From Flavobacteriaceae bacterium (GTDB taxonomy: Bacteria > Bacteroidota > Bacteroidia > Flavobacteriales > Flavobacteriaceae), in contig CANEZU010000001.1 in NCBI GenBank assembly GCA_947444255.1, positions 1 to 40,316 of the forward strand: a stretch of DNA of 40,316 nt, read 5' to 3'. The notes beneath the pieces were generated by a model, which made no database searches, had not been told where the DNA came from, and saw only the letters and a list, made by a program, of their open reading frames with translations. The translations under genes and the position numbers were made by a program. This document shows, piece by piece, positions 19,486 to 29,618 of this stretch; position 1 is the first letter of the stretch, and every line of letters starts with the position of its first letter.

Positions 19486-19501
19486 ATACAGATTATATTA
19501 A

Positions 19502-20239
19502 TTATTTATAAAAAACACCATCTATTTCGAGCTGTTTTCCCGTTTTAGGATCATAAAAGCCATTTTCAAGCGCCATTAAATTAAAGCCTAAACTATTTAG
19601 AAAGGTTTTCATACTATCAAAAGTGACTGCCCCTTGATAGGAAGGAATTAATGACATTTCAATTTGGATTCCTTTCACCATTTCCAAAGAATTTTTAGCA
19701 CCCTTTAGCACCATTTCTTCGTAGCCTTGAGTATCAATTTTGATATAAATATTTTTATTTTTCAGATTTAAATCATCAAAAATGCTGTCTAATTTTCGGA
19801 TATCAATAGTTTCTTTTTTTATAAATCGAGCTTCGGGAGCACTGTCTGTTAGTTGAGGTAAATTCTCAAGAAGCGAACTACTCACTGAATTTTTGGCAAT
19901 ATTAAGTGTTGATTCTCCATCCCGTTCTCCAATAGAGCAATTAAACACTTTCCATTTTGGATCTCCAGCTGCATTTTTTTGTAGTTTTGAAAAAGCCTCT
20001 TTCATGGGTTCGAAAGAAATAATATCTCCTTTGAATCCCAGATTTCTCATTTCGCCGCCATATTGCCCAATATTGGCACCAATATCTAATATGACATCAA
20101 TTTGATAATGCTGCAAGAGTTTTATTCTTCTATCGAGATCAGTAGTTGGATATTTTACAATTTCGATACCAAAAAAAGAATTAAAAGTTCTTTTTAAACG
20201 TAGGAGATTGCTTTTGTTTTTATAAATAAAATCATTCAT
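19502..20239 (-). CDS. FkbM family SAM-dependent methyltransferase
   Basis: LDIGANIGQY, SFEP and IKIDTQGYE motifs. Confidence 0.9.
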   Translation of the reverse strand: MNDFIYKNKSNLLRLKRTFNSFFGIEIVKYPTTDLDRRIKLLQHYQIDVILDIGANIGQYGGEMRNLGFKGDIISFEPMKEAFSKLQKNAAGDPKWKVFNCSIGERDGESTLNIAKNSVSSSLLENLPQLTDSAPEARFIKKETIDIRKLDSIFDDLNLKNKNIYIKIDTQGYEEMVLKGAKNSLEMVKGIQIEMSLIPSYQGAVTFDSMKTFLNSLGFNLMALENGFYDPKTGKQLEIDGVFYK

Positions 20240-21551
20240 TTTTTTTAAGTTTGTTTACTATTGAATAACATTCAAGTGGAATTAGGATAACCCAAAACAC
20301 TAATAGCAATAAAGTTGATAGCACAACGCTGTTAATTCCAAAATCCAAATATATTAAATAATAGGTTAAAGGTATTTTTAACAGAACACTAATTAATAAA
20401 ATAAGCATGTATTTGTATAATTTTCCTATACCATTGAGGAAAAAAGTATAAAATGTAGCATATATTCTCAAAGAAGTAAGTATTCCAACAAATACTATTA
20501 AATGTTTTGGGATTTCTAATTTTTCTTTAATCCAAAGATCGATGATCATTGGGCAAATAATAATAATTGCAAGAATAAAAATTAAAATACCGATAAAATA
20601 GTAATTGAATTTACGGAATGTATTTAATAAACTTTTGCGATTTTTAGCAATGTAATCACTTGCAAACATTGACCATAAAGGAGAAAGAGTTGCAAACAAA
20701 ATCATTATTGGTAGTTGGAAAATCTTGTTTACGGTATCAAAAGGCACTACTGTTTTTGGGCCAAAATTATTTGATATAATGTAATTATCGATTGTAAAAA
20801 TGAACATCATCCCCAATTGAATAAACATAAATTGGGAACCTAATTTAAGAATTTCTTTTATGAAATTTAGGGGTTGTTTTTTTAGTGTTTTTAAATTTAA
20901 TTTTTCAATTTTAAAGAAGCGTAAGGTATATACTATATTTACCAATAAGCAAAACAAACCATTCAATAGGGAAATAAGTATTAGTTTATTTTCAACATTA
21001 AGATTTGGAAATAAACAAAGTGATGCAAGGATCAAAAGAAGAAAGCCAAACTGATTTACAGCTAATGATTCTTCGGCATATTTCCCTTTTAGAAAAGCAA
21101 CGTATAAAGATTTATGAATGTTAGCAACAAAATTTATACAAAAGAAAAAGATGTTAATTAAAAAGAGCGTATTTACAAATAATTTACTGTGGAAAGAAAT
21201 GTTTAAAACCGCTCTAATATCTATACAATTAACTAAAACAATAAATATTAAAAAGATAGTAATTGCAATATAGAAGGAGATTTTATAAGTTGATCGGATG
21301 TATATTTTTATAGAATCTATATCATTATTGTGAAGTAAGAGTGGAATTTTTGTTTTTAAAGTGCTTTGAATACCAAAATCCATCAATAAGACCCATTGAA
21401 AGAGCGTAAAAACTAAAACCCAAACCCCATAATCAGTACTTCCAAAATAATGTATAAGCAGGGGAATAGCAAGAAACAAAGACAAGCCTGAGAGTCCTTT
21501 ATAAAAACCACTCATCAATAAATGATTATTCTTAAGTTTTTGTAAAAGCAT
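20232..21551 (-). CDS. Oligosaccharide flippase (Wzx/MATE-like)
   Basis: Multi-pass protein with YGVW...MDFGI and IDNYIISNNFG, typical of Wzx-like exporters. Confidence 0.8.
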   Translation of the reverse strand: MLLQKLKNNHLLMSGFYKGLSGLSLFLAIPLLIHYFGSTDYGVWVLVFTLFQWVLLMDFGIQSTLKTKIPLLLHNNDIDSIKIYIRSTYKISFYIAITIFLIFIVLVNCIDIRAVLNISFHSKLFVNTLFLINIFFFCINFVANIHKSLYVAFLKGKYAEESLAVNQFGFLLLILASLCLFPNLNVENKLILISLLNGLFCLLVNIVYTLRFFKIEKLNLKTLKKQPLNFIKEILKLGSQFMFIQLGMMFIFTIDNYIISNNFGPKTVVPFDTVNKIFQLPIMILFATLSPLWSMFASDYIAKNRKSLLNTFRKFNYYFIGILIFILAIIIICPMIIDLWIKEKLEIPKHLIVFVGILTSLRIYATFYTFFLNGIGKLYKYMLILLISVLLKIPLTYYLIYLDFGINSVVLSTLLLLVFWVILIPLECYSIVNKLKKNE

Positions 21552-22514
21552 TTAAATAGGTTTGTAATTCATTAGTTCCTCTTCAATTAGTAAGTCTAAA
21601 ACTTCAAAGAAATTATAGTCGTATTCCCAGGAAAGATCTTTTTTCGCCTTTTCATTATTACCGTATATGTTTTCAATATCTCCGGGTCTGTAAAATTTCT
21701 CATTGACGACACATCGGCTTTTATCAATTTTCAATTTATCGAAAACATAATATATTATTTCTCTCAGACTTACTGATTTTCCGGAACAGATTAAATAATC
21801 AGAGGGTTTTTCTTGTTGCAGCATCAAATACATTGCTTCGACATATTTTGGAGCATAACCAAAATCCCTTTTTATATCTATATTTCCTACTTGCAAATCC
21901 TTTTTATTATTGAAGGAAATTTCTAAACTTTCACGGATTACTTTCTTAATAAAAAAATCATTTTTCCGAAGATAGGATTCATGATTAAATAAAATCCCAC
22001 AAGAAATATAAAGATTATAAATTTCTCTATAATTTACACAAGTATAATGAGCAGAGACTTTAGAAATCGCATAGGGACTAACGGGATGAATAAGGCTGTT
22101 TTCGGTAATGGGTAATTGACCCACCCTTCCAAACATTTCACTACTACTTGCCTGATATAGTTTAATAGCAGGATTAATAGATTTCATGGATTCAATAATA
22201 TTAAATACGCTTATGGTATTAAATTTAAAAGTTCCAATAGGGTCATTATAGGATTGTGAAACCGAGCTTTGAGCTGCTAGATTGTATATTTCGTCGGGTT
22301 TGTAAGTCTCTAGTATTTTAGCAGTCTGATTACTATCGATAAGGTCACATTTTACTATTTCAACCTCCTTTTTAATATTTAAATAGTCTAAACCCTCAAA
22401 ATTAGTAGAGGATTCTCTGACTAATCCGATCACTTTATAGTTATTATTTAACAAAAGTTTTGCCAAATAAGCGCCATCTTGACCTGTAATTCCCGATATT
22501 AATGCTGTTTTCAT
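21552..22514 (-). CDS. gmd: GDP-mannose 4,6-dehydratase
   Basis: ALISGITGQDGAYLA, YNLAAQSSV, YQASSSEMFG, SPYAISK and GILFNHES. Confidence 0.9.
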   Translation of the reverse strand: MKTALISGITGQDGAYLAKLLLNNNYKVIGLVRESSTNFEGLDYLNIKKEVEIVKCDLIDSNQTAKILETYKPDEIYNLAAQSSVSQSYNDPIGTFKFNTISVFNIIESMKSINPAIKLYQASSSEMFGRVGQLPITENSLIHPVSPYAISKVSAHYTCVNYREIYNLYISCGILFNHESYLRKNDFFIKKVIRESLEISFNNKKDLQVGNIDIKRDFGYAPKYVEAMYLMLQQEKPSDYLICSGKSVSLREIIYYVFDKLKIDKSRCVVNEKFYRPGDIENIYGNNEKAKKDLSWEYDYNFFEVLDLLIEEELMNYKPI

Positions 22515-22540
22515 TTTTCTATAGGAGCTTAATAGTTTTA

Positions 22541-22548
22541 CAAATATA
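22541..22548 (-). promoter_or_regulatory. -7 promoter box for the gmd operon
   Basis: TATATTTG on the minus strand, 26 bp upstream of the gmd ATG. Confidence 0.6.
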
Positions 22549-22712
22549 ATTTTATAATACAGAAATACTATTTAACAGAATTTTATTTTTAGCACTGATT
22601 TTGAAGAGTCATGAATTAAAAGGGATTTGATATCGCTTATAAAAAATTATTACTCTTTATAAAAGTTAAAATAAAGGCCTTTTTTATATCTTGCACCCAT
22701 TAAAATTGATTT

Positions 22713-23696
22713 ATGAAACGAATACTTATAACTGGAGCGGCTGGTTTTTTAGGATCACATCTCTGTGACCGATTTATTAAAGAAGGTTATTTTGTCATTG
22801 GTATGGACAATCTGATTACGGGCGATTTGAAGAATATAGAACACTTATTTAAACTGGAGCATTTTGAGTTTTATCATCACGATATTACAAAATTTGTTCA
22901 TGTTCCAGGTGAGCTGGATTATATTTTACATTTTGCTTCCCCAGCAAGTCCTATCGATTATTTAAAAATTCCGATTCAGACTTTGAAAGTAGGATCTTTA
23001 GGAACGCACAATCTTTTAGGGTTGGCGAGAGTTAAAAAAGCCAGAATATTAATAGCTTCCACATCCGAGATTTATGGAGATCCATTAGTTCATCCTCAGA
23101 CCGAGGAATATTATGGTAATGTAAATACCATTGGCCCAAGAGGGGTTTATGATGAAGCCAAGCGTTTTCAGGAATCGATAACGATGGCCTATCATACCTT
23201 TCATGGCGTAGAAACCAGAATTGTTCGAATTTTCAACACATACGGTCCAAGAATGCGATTGAACGATGGAAGGGTAATTCCTGCATTTATAGGACAAGCA
23301 TTGAGAGGAGAAGATCTTACTATTTTTGGTGATGGAATGCAAACCCGTTCCTTTTGTTATGTAGACGATCAAGTTGAAGGAATCTACAGACTATTGCATT
23401 CTGATTATGTATATCCAGTGAATATTGGTAATCCAGATGAAATTACAATTAAAGATTTTGCCGAAGAGATTATTAAACTGACGGGAACCCATCAGAAAGT
23501 GGTTTATTTTCCTTTGCCAACGAATGATCCGTTGCAACGCCAACCGGATATCAGCAAGGCTATAAAATTATTAGGCTGGGAGGCTAAAGTGAATCGAGCC
23601 GAGGGAATGCGAATCACTTATGATTATTTCAGGTCCTTATCTAAAGAAGAACTTTCGAAGGAGGAGCACAAAGATTTCAGTAAGTACAATAATTAG
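22713..23696 (+). CDS. uxs: UDP-glucuronic acid decarboxylase (UDP-xylose synthase) family SDR
   Basis: [32 protein letters not shown] and [10 protein letters not shown]. Confidence 0.9.
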   Translation: MKRILITGAAGFLGSHLCDRFIKEGYFVIGMDNLITGDLKNIEHLFKLEHFEFYHHDITKFVHVPGELDYILHFASPASPIDYLKIPIQTLKVGSLGTHNLLGLARVKKARILIASTSEIYGDPLVHPQTEEYYGNVNTIGPRGVYDEAKRFQESITMAYHTFHGVETRIVRIFNTYGPRMRLNDGRVIPAFIGQALRGEDLTIFGDGMQTRSFCYVDDQVEGIYRLLHSDYVYPVNIGNPDEITIKDFAEEIIKLTGTHQKVVYFPLPTNDPLQRQPDISKAIKLLGWEAKVNRAEGMRITYDYFRSLSKEELSKEEHKDFSKYNN

Positions 23697-23748
23697 AAAG
23701 TATAAAAAAGGAAAACAGAAATTAACTATTTTCCTTTTTTTATACTTT
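23697..23748 (+). terminator. Long hairpin, probable terminator after uxs
   Basis: aaagtataaaaaaggaaaa ... ttttcctttttttatacttt inverted repeat with one bulge, immediately after the stop codon and followed by T-rich sequence. Confidence 0.7.
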
Positions 23749-24327
23749 TATTTTTAATATTTTTATTTGACTTTAGAAGAACAATTTTCTGTAACGGAAT
23801 TTGTATAAGCCTGATTTAAAGCTTTTTCTTATTTCGAACTTTTAAGGATTTCCTAACACCTAATTTTTTTTGGAAATTTTTTTTTTAATAAATCAGAATA
23901 TTAATATTAAAATGTTTTTAAAATAGCCCAATTATAAACCTAATTATATATTTTTAACACAGGATTATTCTTTTCGACAATGAGGGTTAGTATTCTCTAA
24001 AAGGCACTTATTTTTTTATAAATAATTAATAACTAAGAAGTTAATAAATAAAATACAAATAGATTTGTTTGATATAAATACCATAATTTTGGCATTTCTG
24101 ATAAATTATTGTCAAATTATAACAAAATTTTAAGAAAAAAATACTAAATATAATTTTATTACGTTAATAAATTAATTAAAGTAAATAGCATAATAAAAAA
24201 TTATAAAAGTAAAATAATATTTATCGAGTTTACCTAAAAAATAAATCAATAAGGAGCCTCAATTTTATTATTTTTAATCACCTTGAGGTGAAAAATCAAA
24301 AGATTGTTTCGTTTAGTTTAGTATATT

Positions 24328-25695
24328 ATGACTGCATCTCAGATTGGAAGATATTCCAAATATATAAGGCCAATAAGCATAATTAATGACCTCTTGGTTA
24401 TTAATTTAGCCTCTCTTTATTTTTTGAAAGGACTTAATTTAGATGTCGTACATTATATTATTTATCAATCAATAGGATGGCTTGTTATCTCCTTTTTTGT
24501 AAAATTTTACCAGATTTATCGGTTTACTGAATTAGTTGAAATTGGATCTAAACTTGTTCAACAAGCTATATTATTTTTGTTGATTGTCATTGCTTTTTTT
24601 CCATTTTCGAAGATGGTTTTTTTTAGCGGCAAGGCCATTTTTATCTTTATGGCGTTTAGCATGAGTTTAATATCGGTTTCTAAAATTTCTTTATTCTTTT
24701 ATTTAAAGCGCTACAGAATTATAACGGGGAGTAATTATAGAAATACGGTAATTATAGGATATACACCTGAAGCAATAAAATTAAAAGATCTTTTTGAAAC
24801 CCGAATTGATTATGGATATCGTTTTCTAGGATTCTTCTCAGATAAGAAATCCAATGATGAAATTTTAGGGAAATTAGAAGATTTGAAAGAATTTGTTTTA
24901 AACAATGATGTAAATGAAATTTATTGTTCCCTTAATGAGATTTCGAATGAACAGGTCAAAGATTTAGTAAATTTTTCAGATGAGAATCTAAAGACGATCA
25001 AGTTTATTCCTGACACGAAAGAAATATTTTCAAAGAATTTAGTTATTGAACATTACGAATTTTTCCCCGTATTATCGCTGCAAAAAACAGTATTGCACGA
25101 TCCAATAACTAAGGGGTTTAAAAGGGGTTTTGATGTTGTTTTTTCAGTATTAGTTCTTATTTTTATATTGTCCTGGCTCGTTCCTTTTTTAGCAATATTA
25201 ATAAAGATAGAATCCCGAGGCCCTATATTTTTCAAACAAGGCAGACCGGGAATCGATCAAAAAGAATTCTTCTGTTATAAATTTCGCTCTATGCAAATTA
25301 ATAAAACCACAGAAAAAGAAGCTAGTAAAAATGATCCTCGTATAACAAAAATTGGTAAATTTATGCGAAAAACAAGTTTAGACGAAATGCCACAATTTTT
25401 AAATGTATTGATAGGAGATATGTCTGTTGTAGGGCCAAGACCTCACTTATGGACACAAAACAAGAATTACAGCAATAAGATCAAACGATATATGGTTCGG
25501 CATTGTGTAAAACCTGGAATTACCGGACTGGCTCAGGTTACGGGTTTTAGAGGAGAGATTGAGACAGATGAGGACATGGTTAACCGAATTAAACACGATG
25601 TTTTTTATATTGAAAATTGGTCTTTGATATTGGATTTGAAAATTATCGGACAAACGGTAATTAATATTTTCAAAGGCGAAGAAAAGGCATGCTAA
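24328..25695 (+). CDS. wcaJ: Undecaprenyl-phosphate glucose phosphotransferase (initiating transferase)
   Basis: N-terminal TM helices, a central Rossmann-like domain and Bac_transf motifs KRGFD, KFRSM, RKTSLDEMPQ, GDMSVVGPRP and KPGITGLAQ. Confidence 0.9.
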   Translation: MTASQIGRYSKYIRPISIINDLLVINLASLYFLKGLNLDVVHYIIYQSIGWLVISFFVKFYQIYRFTELVEIGSKLVQQAILFLLIVIAFFPFSKMVFFSGKAIFIFMAFSMSLISVSKISLFFYLKRYRIITGSNYRNTVIIGYTPEAIKLKDLFETRIDYGYRFLGFFSDKKSNDEILGKLEDLKEFVLNNDVNEIYCSLNEISNEQVKDLVNFSDENLKTIKFIPDTKEIFSKNLVIEHYEFFPVLSLQKTVLHDPITKGFKRGFDVVFSVLVLIFILSWLVPFLAILIKIESRGPIFFKQGRPGIDQKEFFCYKFRSMQINKTTEKEASKNDPRITKIGKFMRKTSLDEMPQFLNVLIGDMSVVGPRPHLWTQNKNYSNKIKRYMVRHCVKPGITGLAQVTGFRGEIETDEDMVNRIKHDVFYIENWSLILDLKIIGQTVINIFKGEEKAC

Positions 25696-26480
25696 AGCAG
25701 GAACAGCCTTTAGTAAGTATCATTACACCATGTTATAACTCCCAAAAATTTATTGCCGAGACTATAAAATCGGTACAAAATCAAACCTATACTAATTGGG
25801 AGATGATCATAGTTGATGATTGTTCAACCGATAAAACAGAGCAAATTATTCAAAATTTTGTCCAATCGGATTCCCGCATTCACTATAATCAGCTCAAATG
25901 CAATTCAGGAACAGGAATAGCGAGAAATGAGGCTGTTAAAAGAGCTAAAGGGGATTATATTGCTTTTTTAGATTCAGATGATTTATGGAAACCAGAAAAG
26001 CTTAGTAAGCAGATTAAATTTATGCAAGAGAAGGATTTACCTTTTACTTTTTCATTTTATGATTGCATTGATGAAGAGGGAATTTCATTAAATAGAAGGG
26101 TAGAAGCGCCCTTGGTTCTTTCGTATTATCAATTATTTTTTTGTAATTATATAGGAAATCTTTGTGGAATTTATTCGGTTGATTATTTTGGAAAAATCCC
26201 AATAACCCCATTTCGAAAGCGACAAGATTGGATGGTTTGGCTAAGTATCTTAAAAGAAATTAGAACAGCACGTCCGGTTCCAGAAAGTTTGGCTTATTAT
26301 AGAATTAGAGAAAACTCTATGTCTTCTTCAAAAGGATCACTTTTAAAACATAATTTTGGTGTTTATCGCTTTTTTCATAAGTTTAATATTGTTGTGTCAT
26401 TGTGCTGTATGGTTGGATTTTTATTTACACAATTACTCATAAAGCCAAGATATAGCCAAGTTCTTAAATCAGGGATGTAA
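25689..26480 (+). CDS. GT2 glycosyltransferase (TuaG-like)
   Basis: VSIITPCYN, VDDCSTD, ARN, FLDSDDLW and RQDW. Confidence 0.88.
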   Translation: MLKQEQPLVSIITPCYNSQKFIAETIKSVQNQTYTNWEMIIVDDCSTDKTEQIIQNFVQSDSRIHYNQLKCNSGTGIARNEAVKRAKGDYIAFLDSDDLWKPEKLSKQIKFMQEKDLPFTFSFYDCIDEEGISLNRRVEAPLVLSYYQLFFCNYIGNLCGIYSVDYFGKIPITPFRKRQDWMVWLSILKEIRTARPVPESLAYYRIRENSMSSSKGSLLKHNFGVYRFFHKFNIVVSLCCMVGFLFTQLLIKPRYSQVLKSGM

Positions 26481-27771
26481 ACTGTTTGAGTTTACCGCTT
26501 TTGGTTCTCAGGAGCTTTTCTTTTTTAATAAATTTTAAATTTAAACCATCTTCAAGATATAGCGTAATTGCTTTTTCTATTTTTTTTATTTGTTCGAAAT
26601 TTAATGAGGTATCACTTACATATTCAATTTCAAAAGTATTGATTTTTATCTGTTTGATACAAAATTCTTTTACAATTCCGTCGTCTTCAATAATGCTTTT
26701 GGTCACATAATAAAAAGTCAGACCCGGTGATTTTTTTCCACTTGGTAAATGGGCAATATCATTAGTTCGTCCAATTAATTTTTTAAGGATTGGTTTTTTT
26801 GAAGTAGATTGTTCTTCTAAGATTCCAATATCGCCAATGTCATAACGTATAAATGGGTGCGCTTTATTAAATAGGGAAGTTATTATAATGCGGCCTTCTT
26901 TTCCATTTGGAACGGCTTTGTTATTGGCATCTAAAATTTCTATGAATAGCGTTTCCGAGTTTAGCTGCCATTCTCCATCGGGATTTTCAAATGCAATTAA
27001 ATCCAGTTCCGAAGCCCCATATTCATTCACAATAGGGATTCCAAATTGTTTCGCCAATAAGATTTTATCGTCCTCAAAGAGCATTTCTGAAGTAACAATA
27101 CACACTTTCAAACTGGGACAAATATCTTTTAAAATAAGGTTCTTTAATTTTAAAAATTTAGCAAATAATACTATTGAACTCGTATAACCATTAACATAAT
27201 CAAATTTTTTTTCTTTGAACTTTAATAGAAAAGTTTCTAAAACACTGTCTGATAAATTAAATATCGAAAATCGAAAACGGTTTGCTAGAAAGTCCTTAAA
27301 TCGTTCTTTTTTATTTTCAAAAAAGCCTAGTGGAATTCCATAAAACCGGGCTTGTAAAGAAGAATTAAAATCAATTCCGTACCATCCAAAACGGTAACTA
27401 TTTGAAGCCCATGTCAAGGCATGTGTATATTTGTCTTTTGCAAAAACAAAAGGATGGCCGCTAGAACCAGATGTTTTATTGGTATACGTGTTTTTTGTAG
27501 AATAGCCGTTTGATAATCTTTCGGACAATGATTTTTGGAGGTTGTGTTTATTCAAAACCGGAAGATCATTCCAGCTATTAATTTCATTAAGACCTACTAA
27601 ATTTTTATAAAAAGGATTGTTTTCCAGATGGTAAGCTAGAATTTCCTGTTTTTTATTTTCTAGAAATGCAGGGTAGTCCTCTTCAGAAACTGCTAAAATC
27701 TCCTTCAGCTGTTTTTGGGCCTTGTAAATTGGAAAGCCATTAAGGACAAGCGTAAGGTTGAAAAGTTTCAA
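26464..27771 (-). CDS. Phenylacetate-CoA ligase family / CapK-like adenylate-forming protein
   Basis: TSGSSG P-loop, EYGASE, PFIRYDIGD, GRTND and SGKLK; TTG start. Confidence 0.85.
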   Translation of the reverse strand: MKLFNLTLVLNGFPIYKAQKQLKEILAVSEEDYPAFLENKKQEILAYHLENNPFYKNLVGLNEINSWNDLPVLNKHNLQKSLSERLSNGYSTKNTYTNKTSGSSGHPFVFAKDKYTHALTWASNSYRFGWYGIDFNSSLQARFYGIPLGFFENKKERFKDFLANRFRFSIFNLSDSVLETFLLKFKEKKFDYVNGYTSSIVLFAKFLKLKNLILKDICPSLKVCIVTSEMLFEDDKILLAKQFGIPIVNEYGASELDLIAFENPDGEWQLNSETLFIEILDANNKAVPNGKEGRIIITSLFNKAHPFIRYDIGDIGILEEQSTSKKPILKKLIGRTNDIAHLPSGKKSPGLTFYYVTKSIIEDDGIVKEFCIKQIKINTFEIEYVSDTSLNFEQIKKIEKAITLYLEDGLNLKFIKKEKLLRTKSGKLKQFTSLI

Positions 27772-27906
27772 AATTCGGAAGTTTATTTTATCAAAAATAA
27801 TTAAATAGTCTCCATTATAGCTTCAGATCTGCGAGTTTTTTAGAAATTAATTATTATTTCCATTCAAAACCCACTATTTTTGCAATCGAAAACTAAAACC
27901 GATACA

Positions 27907-29178
27907 ATGACGATTTTACTACTTGGTTCTGGAGGAAGAGAACACGCCTTTGCTTGGAAAATGCTCCAAAGTGCCCATTGCACTAAACTTTTTGTAGCCC
28001 CTGGAAATGCAGGAACCGCCTCAATAGCTCATAATGTAGCCTTAAATCCAAGCGATTTCGAATCGTTAAAGGTTTTTGTGCTTGCTGAAAAAGTAGAAAT
28101 GCTTGTTGTGGGACCCGAAGATCCTTTGGTAAAAGGAATTTTTGATTTCTTTTTAAATGATTCTTTATTGAAGGATATTCCGGTTATAGGACCTTCAAAA
28201 GTAGGAGCACAATTAGAAGGCAGTAAGGAATTTGCTAAAGAATTTTTAGTTAAACACAATATACCAACAGCGGCTTATGATAGTTTTACTAAGGAAACGG
28301 TCGAAGAAGGTTGTTTGTTTTTAGAAACACTTCAAGCTCCTTATGTACTGAAAGCAGATGGCTTAGCAGCTGGAAAAGGAGTTTTGATTCTTCAAAATTT
28401 GGCAGAAGCCAAAGAAGAATTACGAAATATGTTGGTTCATGAGAAATTTGGATCAGCAAGTTCCAAGGTGGTCATCGAAGAGTTTTTAGACGGCATAGAA
28501 TTGAGTTGTTTTGTTCTTACAGATGGAAAAAATTATAAAATTTTACCTACTGCTAAAGATTACAAACGCATTGGCGAAGGTGATACCGGTTTGAATACGG
28601 GCGGAATGGGAGCCGTTTCTCCAGTTCCTTTTGCAGATGCGATATTGATGGAGAAAATAGAAAGTCGTATTGTAAAACCGACCATCGCAGGTCTTCAAAA
28701 AGACGGAATTATATACAAAGGATTTGTTTTTATTGGGCTCATAAATGTAAAAGGAGAACCTATTGTTATTGAATATAATGTGAGAATGGGAGATCCGGAA
28801 ACAGAAGTAGTCATTCCGAGATTAAAATCAGATTTAGTGGAGTTGTTTATGGCAGTTGCTAATGAAAGTCTGGATCAAGTTTCTTTAGAAATAGATTCCA
28901 GAAGTGCCACAACCATTGTACTAGTTTCAGGAGGATATCCAGAAGATTTTGAAAAAGGAAAAGAAATAACGGGCATTGATTCAGTAACAGATTCACTGGT
29001 TTTTCATGCCGGAACTACGCTAGATCAGGGTAAAATTCTAAGTAATGGAGGGCGAGTTTTGACAGTAACCTCTTTTGGGGAAGACTTTGAATCGGCAATA
29101 AAAAAATCCTATCAAAACATAGAAAAACTAAATTTTGACAGGATGTATTTTAGAAAAGATATCGGATTTGATTTATAA
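27907..29178 (+). CDS. purD: Phosphoribosylamine-glycine ligase
   Basis: GSGGREHA, APGNAG, LEGSKEFAK, KADGLAAGKGV, NTGGMGA and GDPET. Start moved to ATG 27907 because the ORF-track TTG (27880) lies inside a TATTTTTG -7 box (27875-27882). Confidence 0.97.
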   Translation: MTILLLGSGGREHAFAWKMLQSAHCTKLFVAPGNAGTASIAHNVALNPSDFESLKVFVLAEKVEMLVVGPEDPLVKGIFDFFLNDSLLKDIPVIGPSKVGAQLEGSKEFAKEFLVKHNIPTAAYDSFTKETVEEGCLFLETLQAPYVLKADGLAAGKGVLILQNLAEAKEELRNMLVHEKFGSASSKVVIEEFLDGIELSCFVLTDGKNYKILPTAKDYKRIGEGDTGLNTGGMGAVSPVPFADAILMEKIESRIVKPTIAGLQKDGIIYKGFVFIGLINVKGEPIVIEYNVRMGDPETEVVIPRLKSDLVELFMAVANESLDQVSLEIDSRSATTIVLVSGGYPEDFEKGKEITGIDSVTDSLVFHAGTTLDQGKILSNGGRVLTVTSFGEDFESAIKKSYQNIEKLNFDRMYFRKDIGFDL

Positions 29179-29216
29179 ATTCGATTCAGAATTTAAATCA
29201 TCCTCTGTAAAAAATT

Positions 29217-29249
29217 AACTGCAACTTCTTTTTGAGGTTGTAGTTTTTT
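29217..29249 (+). terminator. Terminator after purD, possibly bidirectional
   Basis: aactgcaacttc-ttttt-gaggttgtagtt hairpin (two G-U pairs on the plus strand) followed by a T-run. Confidence 0.7.
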
Positions 29250-29478
29250 ATTTAAAGAAAGAATGCGCCGTAGTATCTTGATATTCTTCGTTATTATCTT
29301 TGTGTAATTTCAATTGTTTGATCCAATATACCATTGCAGCGGCACAAATGATCATAAAGATGAAATTGATTGTATTAGCTCCAAACCAAGAGTTTGGCTC
29401 TAATTTTCTTAAGAAGTTTTGAGGAATAAAAAAAATGTTCTCAAACAACCACTGAATTCCTTCGAAAAATGCTTTCAT
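29248..29478 (-). CDS. Small membrane protein (DUF6341-like)
   Basis: 76 aa, one hydrophobic helix, C-terminal DTTAHSFF; recalled as a flavobacterial small protein found between purD and upp. Confidence 0.75.
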   Translation of the reverse strand: MKAFFEGIQWLFENIFFIPQNFLRKLEPNSWFGANTINFIFMIICAAAMVYWIKQLKLHKDNNEEYQDTTAHSFFK

Positions 29479-29618
29479 AATAGATAGAATTATTTTTTTT
29501 CTGTTTATCTGAAACTTGGTGGAAAAAAATTCTCAAGGAAAGAAATTTTTATTCCGATTGACGCTTCGTTTTTTAAACAAGTATTATATTTACATTTACA
29601 AAAGTATAAAATATCCTT

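Noticed and set aside
27880-27906. N-terminal extension of PurD from the TTG start
   Set aside because: The TTG is part of a TATTTTTG promoter box; PurD homology begins at ATG 27907.
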